DNA of 57,014 nt, counting the filler, from Platydemus manokwari (taxonomy: Eukaryota): the NCBI GenBank assembly GCA_037951405.1. It is 4 parts of 4 records of this genome, joined end to end, with 100 filler letters (N's around TTAATTAATTAA, not from the genome) between each part and the next. Parts side by side here need not be neighbours in the genome. Positions count along the whole stretch, not along the records: positions 8,939 to 27,689 come from JBBMOY010244449.1; 3 more parts are not named here. The stretch is one strand, 5' to 3'. This document shows positions 12,901-24,764 of the stretch, piece after piece. Each line of letters opens with the position of its first letter. The stretch's first letter is position 1. The notes beneath the pieces were generated by a model. That model worked only from the letters and a program-made list of their open reading frames with translations, had not been told where the DNA came from and did not search any database. A program made the position numbers and the translations under genes.

Positions 12901-15900
12901 CAAATGGCAGCTGAAAAATCGATTTTGATCGAGTGGACTTTAGTTAGACAACCTTCATTAACATTCTTGACTGGACCTAATTACGATATGCGAGGCGTTA
13001 CCATCAATACTGGTGTGCCTTTACAGGCAGAATTTTGGATTGTAGCGAATTGTTCGGGCAAAGTTGGAAATGGAAATAATTCTCTCAATCTCTTTGTAAA
13101 TAAATCGTCTAATTCAATATGGATCATCAATGATCATGACGAATGCCATTTACGTTTTTCTATACCGACAGAGTCTGATAAATATAAATGTTCAGAAATC
13201 AGACAAATAACTAGGAATGAGGATTTTAGAGAGATTTTGTTTTCTATTGCAAAAATATCTCCTGAAGATGATTGGATAAACTTCACTTGCCGAGGTAATA
13301 ATTCTTTGAACTATCTCTCACAATCGATCTCATTCAAAGTATTGCTGGAGGCCCGAATCAATTGGTTTAATTTAATTACCTTCAATAAAATTTGTTGCAA
13401 TGTTTCAGGAAATCCAATTCCTGATGTTCAGCTTAAGGTTTTGTTGGGCTCACCTGAAAATCTTGTGAATATTCTAGAAAATCTTAAACCATTTTATACA
13501 TATGAAAAAAATACCGTTGCTGTTTGCATAGAAGTACCCACATTCGTTATAGGGTTGGTTCTCGTTAGATGCAGCACTAGTAACATGATAAATGATAAAC
13601 GACAAAATGTGTTTTATGATCAGTCCTTTGTGTTTCTAGATAAGAATAATAGAGAATCAGATCTCAAGATAACCCCTACAATAGTCAGGTCAGATGACTC
13701 CGCTCAGTTTAGTTGTTCTCTTAGTGTGGATCTCTATTTTTCCATCAATTATGTTATTATTTACCTACTTGTTCAAACCTTGATCAGTAGAATGCAAATG
13801 TTTCCCGTTGCTGCTAGACGAATACATGGATCTGAATTCTCTACATTAGGTTTGTGGGAAAACGTTTCTGTCGTCGATAACTTTATCAATTATTTAAATC
13901 CTAATACCTCTTGGAATGTCATAATTTTGCCCAATTCAAGGTTATTAAATGTGTAGTATTTTTATTTTTATAAATTTCTATGTGGTATAAAATTATTAAT
14001 GATATTACTAATATTAATATTATTGTTGGGTTTACCAAGCTATCAAGAACTAATTCAAAGCATAGTGTATATATAATCTGTATTAAAAGCCGATTCATTT
14101 TTTTTACTTTTCAAATCTTTTACATGACAGACAAAACAAAACCTACAACATGATGGATGATTACGCTTCAGTAATTCCATCCTTACCAAACAAATTATAA
14201 CATTTACATAAATATAGATAAAGATTCGACTTATACCTACCTATTGGTCATTTATATTGTTATTAACATTAGAAACACGACCATAAATATGATAGCATGA
14301 AAATATAAAGACAGAAAATGATAATAACATTTGTATTGTTTCAGATGGATCTCAGGATTATATCACTGTGCAGTCATATACGATGGTGGTTCCAGAGAAC
14401 TTACAACTCCTCCAAGAGAATTTAGAGTAACCGATAAACCGACTGGTCCAATTATCGTAATTAAAGTCAATAATAGTGAAATGAATCTTTTATATGAAGG
14501 GCAGAAATTTAGTGTCGTATGTTCTGTAAACGTTGGTCTGCCAGAAGAAAAAGGAGTCGCCATTTTAATACGTAATGATTCCCAAGTTCGTGAAGATCGT
14601 TATATTATAACAATCAATTCAGATAATACACAACAGATTTTCATTTCTAAATCTGAAATTGCCACAAGATCGATTCACCTTAATATATATTATAAATGTG
14701 TTGCTACAAATTTAATAGGTTCGATTGAAATCAAATCTAAACCTTTATTAATGTATTATTCTCCTTATCAAATAAGATTTAATCCAAGCGATAGACATGT
14801 GTTCCGAAATGATGAAAATATCGAATGCATCGCTATAGCTAATCCTCCGGCTAATATATTTTGGAAATTATTGATTGGTCCTCTAGGAATTCGATACAAA
14901 TACAGATTTGACCCACTCTATCAATTACATGGTAGTATTTTATTTTTGAACGGAATAAAATCTGGTTTATATTCATTCGAATGTGTTGCTGTTAATAAAA
15001 TCGGTCAAACCAAGAAAATTCTATCAATTTTTGTGACTTCATTTGATGATGCTAAAGACACTATGGAATACTATCCTTCATATCCAGTAATTGGGGGTTC
15101 GTTATCTCTAAAATGCTTGTCTATGCAAACTGATGAATCGTCATCTGATCTAGCAGAAATCTTATCGTCTATAATTTGGTTTAAGCTTGCCCCGTATTCC
15201 CAAGTTCAGATACCTTTGATATCATATAATTTCTTCACTGATACAATTAATTATTATGCGCCTAGAGAGCGATTTTTCATGAGAGGACCATTTAATTATT
15301 TTAGACTTGATATTTTAGATGTAAAACTTGCTGATTTTGGCACTTATGGATGTAAAGTAAAGCTAACTTCAAACTCAACAATAACCATGTTTACTGACAA
15401 AGAAGTTTGTATTCTTGACCCTCCTATCGCTCCGAAAATTATTTTCGACAGAGATGATAAATGTTTCAGGGAAGGCCATGTTTTGGATATTACATGTATC
15501 GGAGCATCGGGTCGATTAGTATGTGGTAAGGTTGTCCGTCGCTATTTAAATCTAATTTTGAATGTTGTGTATAAAGTAAAAGGTAGACAAAATCGTATTG
15601 TACGTTATCATTTGTACACCGTAAATGACACAGCGGATAAATCTTTATTCTTTTCCGGTATTCACCGATGGAAAAACCTGTCAATTGAACTAGATAATGC
15701 CGTCATATATTGTTCAACCGAAGGTCGTTTTCTTGATGAAAAAGCTGACTGGATATCGTGGTCAAGTCTAAATCAGCAATATTCTAGTAACTCATCTAAT
15801 CTAATTTCGTTTCAAATAATTATATGTATTCTGTTTACACCAAGATATATTCATATTGATCCACCACCTGATACGATATATCCTGGTACAAAACTTGTTT

Positions 15901-16475
15901 GTTCTGCTTTGGCTAATCCGGATCCTGTCGTTTATTGGGATACAGATGAAGGTTGGAATGGGCAGTCAGGAAATAGTACAGCCTTTGTTATAGTTCCTTC
16001 TAAAATAAGCCCTGGTGTATTTAATGCTAGATGTTCTGCAAGAAATACCATTGACGGTATTAATTACACAGCCAGTTCAAGTGTAGTTATTTCTATATTA
16101 CCTGAGGAAGAGAAACGATGGAATAGATTGATATTATTACTCATTGGAATTTGTGCTCTTATAGTATCGATATTTATCGGCTGTTGTGTGGGTATTAGAT
16201 TCTTTGGACCATTTCTCTCTTTCTTCTGTTGTATATCATACAAAGTTGATTTGGAGAAAGAATCAGAAGACACAGAAGTCTCTATACCGCCTATGTTTTA
16301 TGCACCAACATTGCCACAAGAGGAAATGTTGGAAATGCTCATTTACGATGAAGGAGATCAGAAAATCGATGATTGCATTGAGCCACCAGAAATCGAAGTT
16401 CCTCTTCATGAAGCCTTTCCGACATGGAACATTATAAAGAATAGAAGTTACGAATTTCCTGAATTACCAAAATAA
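9904..16475 (+). CDS. Large type I transmembrane Ig-superfamily protein (~2055 aa; ~14-15 Ig-like domains plus one vWA-like domain); exons 9904-13940 and 14345-16475
   Basis: Phase-2 intron 13941-14344 (AG|GTTATT...TTTCAG|A) fuses the 1350-aa and 714-aa ORFs and restores an Ig F-strand (NSRWISGLYHC). Hydrophobic N-terminus, repeated EG...C and (D)SGxYxC motifs, TM helix LILLLIGICALIVSIFIGCCVGI, acidic cytoplasmic tail. Confidence 0.88.
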
Positions 16476-17127
16476 TGTTTCCGTTAAGTAGAAGTTAACA
16501 AGTTTTTGGAAAAGGTAAATTTGATTATTTCACTTCTCTGGTCAACTATTTCTTGTCTATCTATTCAGGCTAACTGGCCAAGGAAAACAATACTATGGTA
16601 TTTCGCATCATTGATAAAATCAGAACTAATGATACTCAACGGAAAATAGGCATCAACATTGACTTGAGTGACAACGAAGCAACTTTTATCTCAATCCAAG
16701 TTTTTAATTGTCTCATTCTTATTTTTAGCTATATCGTCAGACTAGCACGTAACTAGTACGAATATGCTATAATACCATTGGATAACAATTACCTGCCCCA
16801 GTATCTAAGAATTCCCTCTTGTCATTCAATAATAAAAACAAAGTATTTAACAGAACTGTTTTGTGTGATCCAAATTTATTACCGAGTTTCATTTTTCAAT
16901 AAATATTATCATTAAGAGTTATTGATTTACCAATCACACACAGATTTATTTATTAATTAATGGCATTAGATAGTGGTCAAAGCTATACTATTGGTTAGCC
17001 AATCAGTATGGACTAACATATCACACAAGATCATGGCAGACATTACATATGATTGAAAATATTGTTACTCGATATATGTGAAAAAAAGATCTTAAAAAAT
17101 TTAATTTGTAAACAATGTTTGAACAAT

Positions 17128-17856
17128 TTATTTCTTTGTAGTGTCCACACCCTCTGTAAATCTGTGAGCAACATCGTCCCAATTAATTATTCTCCATAGC
17201 GCTTTAAGATAATCAGGTCGGACATTCTTATATTGAAGATAGTAAGCATGTTCCCAAACATCTATTCCTAATAATGGTTTCAATCCTGTTGTTGCTTCCA
17301 ATGGATCTTGATTTGCGCATGTCGCAATTTGTAATCTCCCATTTTTCTTGTTCAATCCCAACCAGGCCCAGCCTGAACCCTGTATGCCCGCGGCAGCTGC
17401 TGTTATATCACTTTTAAAGTTATCAAATGAGCCAAATTCCCTTTGCAAGGCAGCCATTAGAGATCCATCGGGTTCATTGCCACCCTTTGGAGAGAGATTT
17501 TTCCAAAATATTGAATGATTAATATGTCCACCGCCATTAAATCTGAGAGCATTCTAAATTATTGAGTTGTGGGATTTCGAAAAAATCTATTTAAAATTTA
17601 CTTGTAAAGATATTATTTTTGTGGTATCATTTTTATTAATTGCTTCATTAAGTTGCTCTTCAGCAATATTTAAATTATTAACATATGCAGCATGATGCTT
17701 CTTATGATGTAGTTCCATTATTTCACCAGATATCGTTGGTTCTAATGCTCCATAATCATAAGGTAGATCCGGTAGTGTATGCTTTGAACATGATGTAAAT
17801 AAATAAATACGAGAACTTTTAAATAACAGAGTAGGCAAAACTTTCGTTTTTAGCAT
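17128..17856 (-). CDS. SOD2: Mitochondrial manganese superoxide dismutase, 226 aa; exons 17856-17602 and 17553-17128
   Basis: Basic N-terminal transit peptide; [46 protein letters not shown]; 48-nt phase-0 GT-AG intron (17554-17601). Confidence 0.98.
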
Positions 17857-19019
17857 TTTTGAATGTAAATATATAAAATATTTTACAAAATAGAATATTC
17901 AAACATCTAATGTCAATAAATATTTCTTTTCTCAATATTCAAAATGATTTTAAAAATTTTATTTGAAAATATCAGAAAATTATCTTTTAAAAAACCTTGA
18001 ATCTTCAAAAATTTATTAATTTCCATTGTTAATTTCATATTTAAGGTTTTACGTTCATTTAATAAAGTTTAATTTAAAGTCGCTATTTTAATAAGTTAAG
18101 TTTAAAGTCAATTGCACGTAGGTTTAAAATAAATGAATTCCAATATAATATTACACTAAGTTATTTTATCAAAAACCCCATCTAAAAGCTACAATTTCTA
18201 AGGTAAATCTAAATAAAATACTTTAAAAAAATAATAAAGAAACGATTCATTAACAAAGGAAAGGGTTTCAAAAAAAAATCCATGGACAAAGAAATAAAAA
18301 AAGATCAACTCATCGAAAACCTTGAAATGTATATGGTAAATATTAAGACAAATAACTGGAATTTCAACTCCGAAATAAGAACAAAGGCAAGTTCAATGAA
18401 AGAAATAACAAAGCCAAAATTACATAAATAGCAAATTAATCGCACTAAAAGATAGCAAAAACTTGGTAAGAAAATCAACATTGTATTATAAATTTCTGAT
18501 TGATAATTTGGACAATATTTTGTGTACTCATTCAATCAAGAATATTTTTTACTATTTCATTTTGATTAGATCTATCTAATTAAGTTATTTAAAACAAAAT
18601 TTTTGCGGTATAAGTTTCACGAATAAATGCAAGTATATTTGCATTTGTAAAATCAAAGTTATTCAAAACGGTTTCAACGATTTGAGGAGTTATTTTAAAA
18701 TCAATTTATTTAAATAAAGTAAGGCATCTCTTCCGACTTCTTTAATATATAAAAACGTTCTTTCTAGAGATTCATAGCTTTCATCAGCTAAGAATCATTC
18801 AACCTTAATTAGTGTAAGGAAAGCAATATTTATTTTAATTTCTTATTGAAAATGAGGATTTCAAAGTGCCAAGAGAAGTTATATTCGAGAAAATCCTCAA
18901 TACTCTACAAAACAAGTAACTTATTTTGGTTTATTATTACTATGTTATAGTTTTCAGAATTGTTTGCCTTGAATAAATATCTGGTTTCAAAGAAATTAAG
19001 TAAAAAATTGGTGATATTC

Positions 19020-20620
19020 CTCAACTGTGTCTATCTTTTTCATTGAAATTTGAGTGCAGGAGCCTTAAATAAAAAATTATAGTAGTATGTATAGTCAGTA
19101 TTCGACTGCGTGATTCCCAAATAGGGTTTATTCAATTTTACTTGTTTTTATGATAATGGACAACAAATAAATATTCACAAAATTTTGTAAATCTTTTATA
19201 AGTTGGTTTTGTATTTTGTTTTCTTGATTTATTTGAATTTGTAAACAGTTTTATATTTTCATTTTTCTAGTATTCTCCATAGTTTTATCAAAGAAAGTAT
19301 TATTCATTAACTTCCAAATAAAATTGGAGACTACTATAATGTACGACAGAATGTTTTTTATCTGTTAGATCAAAAACTATTAAGTCTGATAAATTTATTT
19401 TATTTTCTTCAATTTCATGTTTTTGTTTTTCACTAAACATATTAATATTTACTTTCTTTTTCTATGAAGCTAATGGAAAATCTTTAGTTAATTCTTTATA
19501 TTCATCAGTATATTCAAGACCAACATCTAAAATCAATCTGTCTTTAGAATCTTCTTTAATTGGAGCAATGTAATTTTCAAAAACATTTAAATTAAGATTA
19601 TAATAACAAAGAGTTTTTTCAGAAACCCATATAAAGTCATTATAAGGTAAAGATTCTGACATTGCGCGACCATATTGATTATTTGAATCTATATAGAATG
19701 AATAGTTTGGTTTAAGCTACTCAGAGAAATCTAAACCTTTTATTTTTGTTTATCCTGCTTCTCAGAATTGAGCTAATAAATTTTAAAACTCGAATAAATT
19801 AAAAGAACTTCGTTCAAACGGAATTTCATGGGAGTAACTCAGACTCGGACGTAGTCCGGCTTGTGGCATTCGTCTGACCTTCGGGTAGGAACTACGTTCA
19901 ACTGGATTTCTGGTGGTGCATTCAATCTCTTATGTCTATGGGCATGAAATTGTTTTATTAATAAATCTGTTTCGAATTTATCTAGAATTCTATAATATTT
20001 ATATCCGTCATTTGTATACTTATTATTAGCTTTTCATGACGTCTTCCCATTACAGACGATATTTCTCTCATTATTCCTTCTTCTAATATTTCATATATTG
20101 TTTGGCCTTTAAGTAGTTTTAATTTTAAATTTGTAACTTTTAATCCTGACTTCCATGTTAATGATGGAGATGAAACATAATGAGGAGGATCTAGGTTTCC
20201 TTGGTTTTTATAGTTAGTTCTAAATGACTCTATTTTATCTGCTAACATCCTTTCTTAAATATATTATGGTGTAATCCCATAAAGTTTTACATCGAAATTT
20301 ATGCCAGATATCTTGAGCTCTAAAATATTTTTTATCGGATATTCCTTTAAAATTTTGATAAGAGTAAAATACAACAATAGGTGGTAATTCTGTTTCTTCT
20401 AACACATTAAAAGAAAAAATATTTTCATAGGGATAAACACATTTAGTTTTCAAAACTAGGAATTTTTTTTAGCCCTTAAAAAAGAATTTTTTTACCAATA
20501 AGCTTTTACAGTTGAACTTATTTTAAATGTTTTGAATTCTTTGAGTTTCTTCTTTACTTAAGTTACTTAGATAACTTTAGCCTGTTAAAACATTTACAGA
20601 TAAAGAATCTACTGTTATAT
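19020..20620 (-). mobile_element. Decayed protein-primed family B DNA polymerase of a Polinton/Maverick or adintovirus-like element
   Basis: Motifs in order across frameshifts and stops: KCVYPYE, DYTIIYLRKDV, LDPPHYVSSPSLTW, EGIMREISSVMGRRHEKANNKY, YIDSNNQYGRAMS (motif A), KLMNNTFFDKTMEN (motif B), VKLNKP. Confidence 0.85.
19805..19910. repeat. Cluster of mini-hairpins bounded by a ~22-bp imperfect direct repeat
   Basis: GAAC-TTC-GTTC 19805-19815, CGGAC-GTA-GTCCG 19846-19858, ACC-TTCG-GGT 19877-19886, GAAC-TAC-GTTC 19889-19899. Direct repeat 19805-19827 vs 19889-19910. Confidence 0.8.
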
Positions 20621-21349
20621 TTCCTAATTCAGATATGCTCAAGTCAGTTTCTTAACTCTCATTAAATCAAAATCTAATTGAACTGGAAAATACCTAATTA
20701 CTTGAGTTAAATTTGCTTCTGTTATTTGGATTATTTCAATCTTTAAAGTTAGAGGGAATCTTGATTTTAATGTTGTGAATTCTGATTCTTCGGTATTTGG
20801 ATTATTTTTTATAGTAATACTTTTACAATAATTTGATATTTAATATTGATATATTTATTTATAAAATATGATATATAGATTCTTATTCTTCACAAATATG
20901 GCTACATATATCTTTATTTGGTATAGTTTTCTTTTTAAAAGTAATAGTTTTATAAATATGTGACATAGAATTTCTGCCTTTCTTTATTGTAGAAGTACTT
21001 CGCTCCTCTGTATTATTGTTATTAATAGGTTTTATCGTGATTTCTTAAACCTTGTATATTTACAAAACACTTGTTACAAATTTTACACTTTTTTTAGTTC
21101 ATTTGTTAAGCGTACTATTTTAGAGTAATTTTCTTTTATTGGTTGTTAGCTTAAAAGAGATGATTTAAATAAATTGGGTTGAATTGTCTTTTATAAAGAT
21201 TTTTGTATTTTTTTGTTGAAAAAATAACGAAATCATTGATTTTTGCTTTATCAATATATTAAATGAAAAAAATGTAAATCATTAACAAATTAAATAATTT
21301 AGAAGACATTGATGTTTTAATTTATAATCGAATCAATATATAGGATAGA

Positions 21350-21870
21350 AAATAATATAGTGGAGCGATATGGTTTCCCAAGATGTGAGTTTTCATAAGA
21401 AAAAACAGATATTATTTTGAAGGGTCTGAGGAGTATCATGGATGTCAAAAAGCTTGCTTTGGCTTAAACTGACCTTTTGCGGTCGAGAGTTGTCGTGAAG
21501 GAAATAGAATTTTTCAAAAAAATGTTTCCACACAACCTGAATCGCATTTACTAATTTATCCTACTGAATTCAGTAAATTTCTGCGTTTATGTTTTTCTTT
21601 GTGAAGTACATCACAGAAGAATCCTTGCCAGATCCCAAAAAAAGTAAAAATGTGCTTTTGTGATGACAAACATAAACAAATTGATGTTGTATCAAGATAT
21701 GTCCTGATAAGATCGATTGGCACTGTTTCAATATATATACACTTAATCCACCGTTGTAAGTTGAGATAGAAAGTCCTTCTGTTTTTGGTTGGTAAAACAA
21801 TTCACCCATATTTTTCATCGGTTGGCTTTATTTTCATCTGACAAAAATGTAATAACCATCACAAGGATTA
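21350..21870 (-). mobile_element. Decayed Tc1/mariner transposase fragment
   Basis: Minus strand FLSDE, KKNINAEIY and FYFLHDNSRPQ (mariner FLHDNARPH-like, ~21478-21510), with stops. Confidence 0.65.
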
Positions 21871-23864
21871 TTTTCTAAATTTATGCAAGTGTCGGGGTAC
21901 TAATGTGTCAGACAACAGGGAATTTTTCAGTGTTAATTATAAAAATTTTGCACATATTTCCCTTGTTTTTCCTATTATAAGTGTTATCCTGAACATAATA
22001 TGTAGCGTCTTTTTTACTTGTTAGGAAGAATAAGTGGTCGACCGAATATAAGCGGTAGTAAATATAAATACTATATAAATGAAAACTATAAATACGCAAA
22101 TATTATGCATGCATTTATATTAATAAATATCAATATTTAAATCAATATTAAATCAATATTTCAAATTTTCACAGACTTTTAAATAAATATAATTTTCTAA
22201 CCATAAATGGCTAAATCCAGAAAAAGTTACACCATAGGAAATACTCATATATATATATATATATATATAAATTTTTTGTTAGTATTGGTAATCTCCTACC
22301 TAAATTCTTTCAGATTTTTCTGACGGACAATATTATTCACGCAATGTGTGATTTTTAAATTCATAACTGGTTTCTGCTGTAAATCTTTTAAAGTATAATC
22401 AAAATCAAGTGTCACTCATCCTTTAGAACAGGTGGAATATGTAATTTTCCAGTTTATATGTCTTACCTGATAATTTGCTGATAATTTCTATACACTTTTA
22501 TGCTCGTTATTATTGTGTATTCTTTTGGTGTTCCTTTAACTGATAATCCAATCAAATAATATCGTGGTTGTTATCTAACTTTTAGTAATCTATTTAGTTG
22601 TTTAATTAGTGGTGTATGCCTCATTCTAGATTTTGTCCCGCATTCGTTCAGTATCATTGGTCAATACTATTATCCATTTATTCGGATTATGTACTGATTC
22701 TTACATTTTCGCCCCGTCAAAGTTTTTTAATTTTTCTTGAAAACTTTTATTAAATTGTTTCTGGAATGTCTTTGTCAGTTTGTAGATTTTTTGATTAGTT
22801 TTACTACTTTTGGATCTGCATTTCAATTGCCACAATCAACAAGTTCTTGATCAGCGGGGTATTTTCTAACTTTCTTGAAATTTTTTGTTATATGATCGAT
22901 TCAATTTTATTGTAATGCATTTTTTATGTTTGGATTCAATAGTCAATCTTTCACAATTTTAAATTATGTTTTTTATGCTTTTTGGTTATAATAGCTCTTC
23001 TTAATTGATCTTCACCTTTGCATTTAGCTGTCTGGAATTATAGGTGATATAAAGGTTATAGTTAAATTATTATTTCGTAATTCAGAAATAAAATTGAAAT
23101 ATTTAAATAAACTGTATTCTTATTTTCCGCATTTTAAAATAAAAGTTGGAAATCATATGTGGATTTATATGTACATTGGAAATATCCTAGATATAATCAT
23201 ATAATGTCTTTTGTTATAATAAATGAATTTAATTACCATAATATATGGAACATCTGTACTTGCAAAGCATTCACAAAAGTTATTTTTACACAATTATCTT
23301 GATTATATTTTGAATCAATCTTGTGTCGAGACAAACTATTCATTTGTTATCTGACTCTAAATAAGTGGACAAATATTACCGAAAAAAAATTTTTCTAACA
23401 AATTTCAATTTTCATTTTATCTGATAATGCAAGGACCACAAATTTTAGTTAATGTTTAGTTAACACGCAAAGCATCTGCTCCAGTTCTGCGATACTGGCT
23501 GTTTACTATCGTAATTACTTCTCCGTTAACCGTTATCAGAACAAGCTAACAAATATACCACATCATATTGTATCATTATCATTTATTGTAAAGTTTGAAA
23601 GCCTTCTTGATTTATTTTGACAGTCATTATAGTGGCTAAAGTCAATCAGATTTGCAATAATTTGATTTTTTATATTCATGGGATTTTTAAACTTTGTTAC
23701 GTTTAAATATATTTATTATATCTTCAAGACAAGTCTTAGATTATATTGAAATTAAAATTTATTTTAATATACAACTAAATAACTAAAGCTATCTGAACAT
23801 TATCGATATTCCAGTAATCAATAAAATTGTTACAATATCCATAAATTGCGATTTAATAATTTTT

Positions 23865-24764
23865 TCACAAATTAGTATTTGATATCATTGGATAAACTTT
23901 ACGAAATACTTCCCTCTGTCGACATAAGTATGAAAACATATTCATGTAAAATCGTTTGTATTTATTCCTGATTCCTTTCATCAATGCCAAAAACACAATC
24001 GGGTGAATAACCGTATTCATTGTTGTTAAAATCAATCCAATCTTTGAAGTGAACGGTGAACTAATTGGCTTTATTATTTTCATTTTAAACAATAAGGAAT
24101 AAAAATTATCATAGGCATAGAAAATGAGAAAAAAACAAGTGATAATAAATGCAGAAATTGTAAACTTGTTTCGCATTGAGGCATTCTTACCAGGATGTTT
24201 CAGGTGTTTTAGAATTTTGATAATTTTACTGTAAATATAAATGAAAAGTAATGCAGGGAGTAAATATGAAATGATAAAATAGATATATGAATACATCATA
24301 GAATACGTAAAATTTGGTATTCCAATATATAGACAGGTGTTGTTCTTGTAAGATCTTTGAATTATCGTTGGGATTGCGCAAATAGAAGAGGCTGACCATA
24401 CATAAATGTATGAGAATATGAAAAGGGCTTTGGCTTTTTCTTAATAAACCAAAGCTTTTACAATTGCCATATATTGGTCAATGGCAGTACAGACAAGATT
24501 GTGAATGGACATTTGAACCAGATGATAGTATATCCAGTTTGAGTTCCAAATATAGCAAGCGATTAGATGTCCATTGTTACTTCGAATAACATTGACTAAC
24601 AGATTAACCAAGCATAAAAGTGTATCAATTGTAGATTGATGAATCATTAAATTCGATGTAAGTCGCGATTCTAAAGGATAAGAGAACAATACAATTCCAA
24701 AGGATAAATTGAAAAAACAGGCTAGGGAGAGTATCACTACTTGCAGCAGAACAAAATAATTCAT
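23865..24764 (-). pseudogene. Intronless rhodopsin-family (class A) GPCR with one in-frame TAA at 24441-24443
   Basis: The two ORFs are in the same frame and the 141 nt between them are open (TM4 and ECL2 Cys). Seven hydrophobic segments: LMIHQSTID, AIDQYMAIV (DRY-like), YLLPA...YSKI, FLIFYAYD, TMNTVIHPIVF (NPxxY-like). Confidence 0.85.

Noticed and set aside
10672-16437. Short antisense and alternate-frame ORFs inside the Ig gene (and inside the NeSL element)
   Set aside because: Shadows of long coding sequence with no independent motifs.
19801-19951. Group I intron, intein or tRNA in the polB insertion
   Set aside because: Too short; no P7 core, no intein C...HN ends and no cloverleaf recognisable.
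9341-24443. TAA reassignment or non-standard genetic code, suggested by single in-frame TAAs in the Ulp1 and GPCR frames
   Set aside because: SOD2, NXT1, MPC2-B and the Ig gene all terminate at TAA at the expected positions, and the long exons contain no internal TAA.
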